A stretch of 64,000 bases of DNA from the NCBI GenBank assembly GCA_964016885.1, contig OZ024741.1, positions 219,790,001-219,854,000 of the forward strand, given 5' to 3'. The notes under the pieces were generated by a model, which searched no databases, was not told the DNA's origin, and saw only the letters and a program-made list of their open reading frames with translations. This document shows, one piece after another, positions 55,101-64,000 of this stretch. Position 1 is the first letter of the stretch. Each line of letters starts with the position of its first letter. The translations under genes and the position numbers were made by a program. The stretch is from Eledone cirrhosa (lineage: Eukaryota).

Positions 55101-58100
55101 ACGTTTCTTACCATATTTCACGTGAAACACACATCCATTTCCTTACCATATTTCATGTGAAACACACAGCCCTTTCCTTACCATATTTCATGTGAAACAC
55201 ACAACCCTTTTCTTGCCATATTTCATGTGAAACACAACTCTTTGGTTATCATATTTCAGCTTAAATACACAACCTTTACCATACCCAATTTCTCCTGAAA
55301 CATACAACCATTTCCATACCACATTTCTGCTCAAACACAACATATTTACTTACCATATTTCTTCAGAAACACACAGCCTTTTACTTACCATATTTCTAGA
55401 GAAATATACGGCACTTTCCTTGATATATATCTGTAGAAACACAGCACATCCTTACCACATTTCTGCAGAAACACACAGCCCATTTCGTGGCACATTTCTG
55501 GTGAACACACAGACGTTTACATACCATATTTCTGCAGAAACACACATCACATTCCTTACGATATTTCTGTTTAAATACACAACCAATTCCTTACCGCATT
55601 TCTCCTGAAACAGCAATATCCTTAGCACATTTCTTCTTAAGGGCAGAGCTTTCCATACAATATGTTTGCTAAAACACAGTTCTTTCATTAGCATATTTTT
55701 ACTGAAACACCCAGCTTTTTCCTTACTATATTTCTGCTTAAACACAGCTCTTTCCTCGTCGTAATTCTACTGAAACACACAGTCCTTTCCTTACCATATT
55801 TCGCCCCAAACAGCACTTTCTTTGCCAAATTCCTACTAAATATACAGCCATTCTTTTACCATATATCTTGTGAAATACACAACGTTTCCTTACCATATTT
55901 CTAGTCAAATCAAATAGTATTTTCCTTACCATCTTTCTAGTAAATACTCAGCACTTTCCCTACCTTATTTCAACTGAAATACACACACCATTCTTTACAA
56001 TATTTCGCTGAAACAGAGCCGCTTCTTTAGCACATTCCTTACCATGTTAATACGGAAACACACAGCTTTTCCATGTCATAATATCTGGTGAAACACAGCT
56101 GCTTCTTTACCACATTTCTCCTGAAACACAGCCATATCCATAGCATATTTCTGCTTTTGACAACCCGTTCCTTACGATATTTCTACTAAAATAGAGTTGT
56201 TTGCTTAGTATATTTTTACTGAAACAAGAAGCCCTTTCCTTACCGTAAAGAAAAACACAGACTGTCCCTTACCATATTTCTGGTGAAACACAGCTTTTCC
56301 CTACCATATTTCTGCAGAAACAGACAGCCCTTTCCTTACCATATTTCTAGAGAAACATACAGCCCTTTCCTTGATATATATCTGCAGAAACACACAACGA
56401 TTTCTTTACCATATTTCTAGCGAAGCTCTTTCTTTACCATAATTTTGGTGAAATAGCTCATTCCTCACCCATTTCTGTAGAAATATACAGCAGATTCCTT
56501 AGAATATTTGTGGTGAACACACAGGCATTCTTGTATGATATTTCTACAGAAGCATGCAGCCTTTTCCTTACCCTATTTCTGGTGAAACACACAGCCCTTT
56601 CCTTATATTTTCTACTGAACCACACAGCTTTTTCCTTACCATATTTCAGCTGAAATACACAACCGATCCCTTACAATATTTCTGGTGAAACACTCAGCTT
56701 ATTCCTTACTGCATTTCGCCTGAAAAACAGGGCAATATCCTTACAATATTTCTGCAAAAACGCAGTTCTTTCATTACCATATTCTACTGAAACATACAGA
56801 CCTTTCTTCGCTATACTTCTACTTAAACACAGCCCATTTCTTACCATATTTCTACAGAAACACAGTGACTCTTCCTTACCATATTTCTACTTAAACACAG
56901 CACTTTACTTACCACATTTCTTCAAAAGCACATAGCTTTTTCCTTGCCATATTTCTAGAGAAGCGCACAGCCCTTTCATACCATATTTATGCAGAAACAC
57001 ACAGCTCTTTCCTTGATGTATTTCTGGTCAAACACACAGTTCTTTTCTTACCATAATTTTGGAGAAACATACAGCCTTTCCCAAGCATATATCTGCTGGA
57101 AAACACAACCCTTTCCGTACAACATTTCTGTTTAAACAGCCATTCATAACATTTCTGATGAAACACACAGCACGTTTCTTACTATATTTCAACTAAAAAA
57201 TACAGTCTTTTAAAACATATTTCTTGTTAAACACAAAGGTCTCTCCTTTATCTTATTCTGGCGGAACACACGGCACATTCCTTACCATATTTCTGCTAAA
57301 ACTCACAAAACATTCCATACCATATTTATGGTGAAACACACAGCCCTTTCCTTACCATATATTTAGTAAAATCCACAATCCTTTCTGCAGAAACACATGG
57401 AGCTATCCTTGCTATATTTCTAGAGAAATACACAGCATTTTCTTTACAATATTTCTATAGAAGCACACCTCTCTTTTCTTACAACATTTCTGCTAAACCC
57501 CAGCGCATTACTTATCATATCTCTACTAAAACTCAGCCATTTCCTTATCATATTTCTGCTTCAACACAGCTATTTCCTTACCTTACTTTTACAGAAACAC
57601 ACAGCCCTTTACTTACCATATTTCTGCAGAAACACAGTACTTTCCGTGCTGTATTTCTAGAGAAACACACATCCCTTTCCTTAGCATATATCTTCAGAAA
57701 AACAGCTCTTTCTTTACCACATTTCTGATGAAATCTACAGCCCTTTCTGTACCATATTTCCACTGATACACAACTCCTCCATACTGTATATATACTGAAA
57801 CAGCCCTTTCCTTACAATATTTCTGCTGAAACATACAGCCCACTCCTTATAACATTTCCGCTGAAACAGTTATTTCCTTACCATATGTCTACAGAAACAC
57901 ACAGCTCTTTCCTTACCATATTCCTCCACAAACACACAGCACTTTCTATACCATATTTCTATAGAAACATATCCCTTTTCTTGTATTTCTGGTGAAAGAC
58001 ACATCTCTTTCGTTATCATATTTCTGGTTAAACAAAGCGTTTTCTTTACCATATTTCTACAGAAACACACATGTCTTTCCTTAACAAGTTTCTACAAAAA

Positions 58101-58700
58101 CAAACAACCGATTTCTACTATATTTCTGGCGAAACCACAGCTTTTTTCTTCCCATATTTCTCTTGATATACAGGCATTTCCTTACCATTTCTCTACCGAA
58201 ACACAGCCGTTTCCTTAACATATTTCTGATGCCCATTTCTTATCATTTTCTGCAGAAACCTCTCCTTACCATATTTCTGCTGAAACCCACAGTCATTTCT
58301 TTACCACATTTCTACAGAATTACTCATCCTATTCATTACCAGATTTCTACCGAAACCCAAACCTTTCTTTACCACATTTCTACAAAAAGACACAGCCGTT
58401 TCCTACAATATTTGTGCTGAAACACACAGCCATTTCCCTACTCTATTTCTACAGAAACTCACCTCTCTTTCCTTACCACATTTCTTCTAAAACACAACCC
58501 TTTATTTACCATATCTCTACTGAAACTCACTACGATTTCCTTACTATATTTCTGTTTAAACAACGCTTTCCTTACCATAATTTTGCAGAAACACACAGCC
58601 CTTTACTTACCATATTCACAGCAAATTCCTTGCTGTATTTCTAGAGAAACCCACATCCCTTTCTTTAGCATATATCTGAAGAAACACACCTTTCCTCGTC
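52140..58700. repeat. Diverged 33-35-bp satellite (tttccttaccatatttctgctgaaacacacagccc), well over 100 copies
   Basis: The motif is continuous across 6.5 kb except for the insertion at 53150-54163. Confidence 0.95.
53150..54163. mobile_element. Non-autonomous foldback DNA transposon with about 377-bp TIRs, inserted in the satellite
   Basis: 53150-53526 (GTAGCCAAATCTGTCCACGCC...) is the reverse complement of 53787-54163 with scattered mismatches; about 260-bp spacer; no clear TSD. Confidence 0.9.
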
Positions 58701-58704
58701 ACAT

Positions 58705-58830
58705 TTAGGTAGTCTACTTCATGGGGCTCAATCCTTTGGGTAGACAACTCCACCTCAATAGAAGTGAGTAGAGATGTTGTCCGGGAGCCAAGATCACCAA
58801 CATTCTCCAGTGCCACAGTGTATAAATTCC
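58705..58830 (-). mobile_element. Degraded CRE-like fragment
   Basis: TVALENVGDLGSRTTSLLTSIEVELSTQRIEPHEVDYL aligns to the 4448 ORF. Confidence 0.65.
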
Positions 58831-59973
58831 CATATTCACATATCCCTCCCACACACCGCAAACAAATATACACATACACACACACGTACACACACAGGCT
58901 CGAAATATAGAAGCTTGTGATTATCCCGCTGGACAACTGTAATCAATTGTTCACTAATTAAGATGATGTGATTAATTACTATATAGCCTGTGTAGTGCGT
59001 ATATTGATATACGCAAGTATATATGCATGTAGATATGATACATCAAATAAAATTGTAATAGACGATATCCACAGAAATTTAACGAAGACTGCGTTACACT
59101 GTCTTATGTAATCAGTAACGTAATCGATGATACGTTAAAAAAGACGATATCTAATATATATTTGTGAAATGGGTGGTGGTTGAAATTCAGATGTGCACGA
59201 TTAAATGGTAGTAGACGTGGTCGGACGGACATTAAAATTTACACACCTATGTAAAAAGTGCCAAGGAAGCAAATAAACGAGGTTTCAAATCACTAACTTG
59301 AAAAATGTGGTCCCTAGGGCCCCCAAACGGTCTATTTACTATCGCGTTCTGTGAGTTATTTCCCCCTGTTCTAATACTTGGCTGAGTTATTTACAATTTC
59401 ATACAAATTTTTAAACTCATCAACGTTCTTTCGCTGTTAACATACAGTACCAATAATTTGAAAAATATTATTGAAAGTTAGCAGTTTCAGGAAAAAGTGT
59501 AAACTATCATACAAACCTTCATAATATGCATTTTTAAACTTGCATATCATCGACATTGCTATTTCGCTGTTAATAAACTATCATCCTGCTACATTTAACG
59601 ATCATACAGTACCGTTTTATGAAATCGATTCTGCAGTACGGTCAATGTTTTCCATCAAAAGAAATAAAACCCTTAAATTGCGAAGAAGGGACGCGTGTTT
59701 TTATTTTAATTCTAATACATGTTAACCACCACTAACAGTAAGTAGTATTTTTCAAATTGCATATCATCGACATTACTATTTCGCTGTTAATAAAAAAACG
59801 CTTTTCACGTCGCTCCACTTCTCATTGTACGCCGTCCAGTCCCAAGTGCATATTTCTATTTTAAAAAAAACATATTCTGGACGCAGTCCCACACTCCTTA
59901 CTTTAATATAGTTTAGATTTGAAGTCCTGAGGTCATGGCACGTTTTACCGGAAGTACCATTACTTTCCCATAC

Positions 59974-60039
<66 letters not shown>

Positions 60040-60266
60040 TTAGTAGTAGTAGTAGTAGTGTTAGTAGTAGTAGTAGTAGTAATTGTAGAAGTAGTTGTTG
60101 TTGTTGTTATAGTTGTTGTTGTTGTTGTTTCAGATTAACGAAATCAAAGATGATATCCACTAGCAAGGTGATCCTGCTTGCAGCATTCCTCATGGCAGTG
60201 GTAACTCGCTTACTGAGTGCTCCTCTACCAATTAGTAAGTATGTATTATCATCAAATCTCATTGAG

Positions 60267-60484
60267 CCGTGGATTAGCAGAGTCATTAGGACGTGGGAAA
60301 AAAGCTTAACGGTGTTGGTTCTAGCTCTTTTACATTCTGAGTTCAAATCCCGCCGAAGTCAACTTTGTCTTTCACCCATCTGGGGTCGATAAAATAAAGT
60401 ACTAGTCATGCATTGGAGTCGGCATAATTGGCTTTTCCCTCTCCATGAGTTGTTGGACTTGTGCCTAATTTAGAAATCATTATT
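60267..60484 (+). mobile_element. Degenerate SINE copy
   Basis: ctgagttcaaatcccgccga...ggggtcgataaaataaagtac. Confidence 0.85.
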
Positions 60485-60624
60485 AAGACATCTCGTATTT
60501 CATTACAGAAACATAGCCAATAGTTGGTCTTGCAGTTCTTGATCCATCCTTCCATCCAAATATCTATCTATCTATCTATCCATCCATCCATCCATCCATC
60601 CATCCATCCATCAATCCAATTATA

Positions 60625-60705
<81 letters not shown>

Positions 60706-63700
60706 GTAGACGTGGACTAATCGCCGGGGAACATCTAGATCGTACCTAGATAGGGTTCTAGTTAGAAAGAAGGATAGGGACATGTTAAGCTGTCCACAAA
60801 TGTTCATAGTTGCCTATTCAGATCACAAACTAGTGACCTGCTTAGTCAATCTTGACAGGACCCATAGAAAGGGACCCGGCTAATGGAAGCTGAACTTGTC
60901 GTTACCGACATGCAAAGCCTACAGTAGACGGATTAGCACTTTAGTTAAGCAGCACTTGACGGGGGGCATTGTCAACAATAGATGGAGGTACTCTCTCAAG
61001 AGGGCAGTTAGATTAGACTCGATAGGTTTTAGTAAAGAATTAGTGTTAGATAGAAATAAAACCGAAAAGGAACTGGTAGATAAAGTAGAAGAGGCACTTA
61101 GGAGTGGCAACGTAGCCAGCGTGCTAGCGACGAGAACGGCCTTGGACCAGTTCTTCGACGCAAAGCATGAAGGCTGCGTTGTCAGAAGCAAAATACGTGC
61201 TCTGGGAAACGAGGGAGCCAAACTGTTAACGGGGCCCGAATGACGAAGGCGAAAAGTGGCAACAAGTCCACGATTCGGTCTTTGAAGGACCAAGACAGAC
61301 GCGTGATACGGCACTTTGCTCAACTGTTCGGGCAGGGCGGCGCGCCGGGAGGGGCTATGGATTTCGGTCCATACCTCGACGGGTTACCGCGACTCTCGGA
61401 CAGCGAGGCGAAGTTCTGCGAGGAGCCGATTTCGGCCGCTGAGATGGGGAACGCGCTGAGCCAATGCGGCAAACGCAAATCCCCAGGTCTCGACGGTCTA
61501 CCCTACGAATTTTACGTAGCAATGCCGGACTTGTTCTCCGGTCTCCTGGAAGCAGTCTACTGCAACTGACAGCAGAACGGGAGAATTCCCAGTTCTGTGA
61601 CCAAGGGCGTAGTCACGTTAGTCAGGAAGGACGAGAATAAGGGGGATGACATAGGCAACTTCCGGCCCATAACTCTGCTCAACACAGAGTTACAGATTTT
61701 GGCCAAGGTGTTGGCAAAGAGGCTGGCGCTTGTCGTCGAAAACCTGGTGGGAGAAGCGCAGACATGCGCAATCCCGACCAGGTCCATACACGACAACCTC
61801 CATCTCATGCGATACATCATAGAGTGGGTAGGGTGTAAACCCAGCTTCTGTGGGGCCCTGATCAACTTGGATCAGTATAAGGCTTTCGATAGGGTTGACC
61901 ATCGTTTCCAGGATGCGGTGCTCGAGGCGGCAGGCTTCGGACCCGTGTTCAGGGGCTGGATTGCTGCAATGCACAGCAACAAGATCTGCTCAAGGGTCAA
62001 GGTGAACGGGTACCTCTCGGAGCCGTTCCATATCACGCAATCCATCCGACAGGGATGCCCTCTCTCCTCCCTTCTGTACGTACTGACTCTCGAGCCACTA
62101 CTGCGGAAGCTGGAGCTATTGCAGGGCATCCCTTTGGAACCCGGACTGCGAAAAGAGGTGTCGGCCTACGTCGACCACATGACAGTAATGGTGTCGAGCA
62201 CCTCGCAAATCCGGGAGGTCGGCACCTTACTGAAGGAATACGAAAGGTTCACAGCAGCGAAGCTGAACCGGGACAAATCCGTCGGTTTGCAACTCGGAAC
62301 GTGGAGAAGCAAACCGATGCCTTCTGATGGCGTCGTCGGACGCTGGAAGGAAGGACCGGTAAAGTTGCTCGGGGTCTGGTTTGGTTGGACCTCCAGGTGG
62401 AGAAGAAATGGAAGGAGGTGACGGCCAAGGTGTTTGCACTCACCCAGAAGTGGGCCGAGTGCAAACTACACTTGAAAGGTCGAGCGGAGTTGGCGAACAC
62501 TTTTATAGCATCCGTCATCTATTACCGCTTGACTGTCGTGCCTTGTCCAGCCAAAAACGCTCACCAAAATGGAGCGCGCGCTCCTTCAATTCCTTTGGAA
62601 GAAACGGGCACATTTGGTGAGCAGATCCATCTGCTGCCAACACCCCTCAAACGGGGGACTGGGGATGCCGTGGCTGACGATGCGCAAACACGCTCTCAGG
62701 CTGCGGCACCTTCACGTATTCCTCACCAGACAACCGGTATGGGCCCCGTTCGTGAGGCGAGCCTTCCCACGACTCGTCTCGCTGACCGAGCTGCAGTCCT
62801 GGGTCAAGCAAAACCGAGGAAAATGGGCGACTGGCACATCGAATGTGCTCAGGCGCTCACAGTCCTCTGGCAAACGATCAGTGGAGACTCCACTTCGACA
62901 TTCTATAGAGGGTTGCTCCGCAGCAAGTGCGACAACACGCTCGGAGAAACTCTAGGCGTAGAGGAGGATGAACTGGCCAGTCTGTTCGGTAGGACCTTCC
63001 GCCCGGGACCAATGGACAACTTCCAAAGATCCCTGTCCTAGCAGTGCTACCGAGGAGCTCTACCAGTTCGAGACAAGCTCTACAGACACGGGCGCCCGGG
63101 TAGGGACCCTTCGAAAAAGGTCTGTCCGAGATGCGTGCGCGACGAGGAAACCGTCGCGCACACATTTGTACACTGCCCGGGCGTTACCGACCTGTGGGTC
63201 TATGTAGAACGACTATTGTCGCGGGTGGGACCAATCCAGTTGAGTCCATTGTCATGATCAAACCACCACCCTTCTTCAAAAACGTGGGAGAGGCGGTTTT
63301 CCTATGTGTTATGGCTATGGTGTAGAGATTATATGGTGGATGAGGTTAAAAGGGTTGAGTTCAGACACCTTTCTCTCCGGCGAGCAACTGATTCGTTTTT
63401 TTCAAATATCATTTTGGAAGAAGAATCAGGATGGAGAGAGAGGTGATGTACCCCAGCAAATTTTATAAAAGGTGGGTGAATGTGGCAAAGATGGCCCGAT
63501 TTTTTGGGCCTTATCTCTATATAAGCCTGTAGGTTGAGGAAAAAGAGGAAGAGAGGAAGGGAGTACTCACTCTTGGTGCTCCTGGAGATGAGGGTTGTAC
63601 ATTTTTTCGGGGTGTGTACAACCCCTGTGTAATGCCTCCCTCCTATTGGGGATTTCAATTGTTATTTGTTATTTTATTAATAGTTTTATTTTCATATGCC

Positions 63701-63764
63701 TGTATGTAAATTCCCCATTTGTATTCAGCCCCTTCTTTTGTGCCCTTGTGGCTAATAAAGAAAT

Positions 63765-63765
<1 letters not shown>
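60706..63765 (+). mobile_element. 5'-truncated Tx1/L1-clade retrotransposon ORF2 pseudogene (end of APE endonuclease, RT, zinc knuckle, 3' UTR) embedded in (TCTA)n
   Basis: YLDRVLV...YSDH...GPG*WKLN; KSPGLDGLPYEFY; NFRPITLLNTELQILAKVLAKRL; NLDQYKAFDRVDH; IRQGCPLS; AYVDH; GGLGMP; CPRC...HC; aataaa at 63754; (tcta)n on both sides. Confidence 0.95.
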
Positions 63766-63820
<55 letters not shown>

Positions 63821-63822
63821 AT

Positions 63823-64000
63823 ATGAACAACTTCCAGAGGTTCCTGGCCTGGCAGTGCTACCGAGGAGCTCTACCAGTTCGAAACAAGATCTACAGGCAC
63901 GGACGCCCCGGCAGGGATCCTTCCAAGAGGACGTGTCCAAGATGCGCGCAGGACATTGAAACCGTCTTGCACGCAATTGTACACTGCCCGGTGGTAACCG
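63823..64000 (+). mobile_element. Start of another 5'-truncated, diverged Tx1-like copy after (TCTA)n
   Basis: Homologous to 63012-63190 with several substitutions; runs off the end of the window. Confidence 0.88.

Overview
This is AT-rich, microsatellite-dense eukaryotic (animal) genomic DNA, not prokaryotic. The SINE family and repeat landscape resemble octopus/coleoid cephalopod genomes (my inference, not verified). Almost all long ORFs are transposon relics or microsatellite artefacts. Recognisable elements: a disrupted Helitron Rep-helicase (16.5-21.1 kb) plus Helitron fragments; RTE, CR1, CRE-like and Tx1/L1 non-LTR retrotransposon relics; about 20 copies of a tRNA-derived SINE; hAT, Tigger and foldback DNA elements; and several satellites, two of them derived from SINEs. 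A candidate minus-strand host gene has a signal-peptide exon at 26765-26850 and further exons near 8.2, 4.2 and 3.6 kb. The most striking unannotated signal is a set of at least five distinct type I hammerhead-ribozyme families (about 13 full or partial motifs, several with complete cores and paired stems). They are carried by short non-coding elements that sit beside (TA)n/(GA)n microsatellites and are often duplicated as inverted hairpins, consistent with Penelope-derived or retrozyme-like elements. All calls were made by eye; no searches or folding computations were run.
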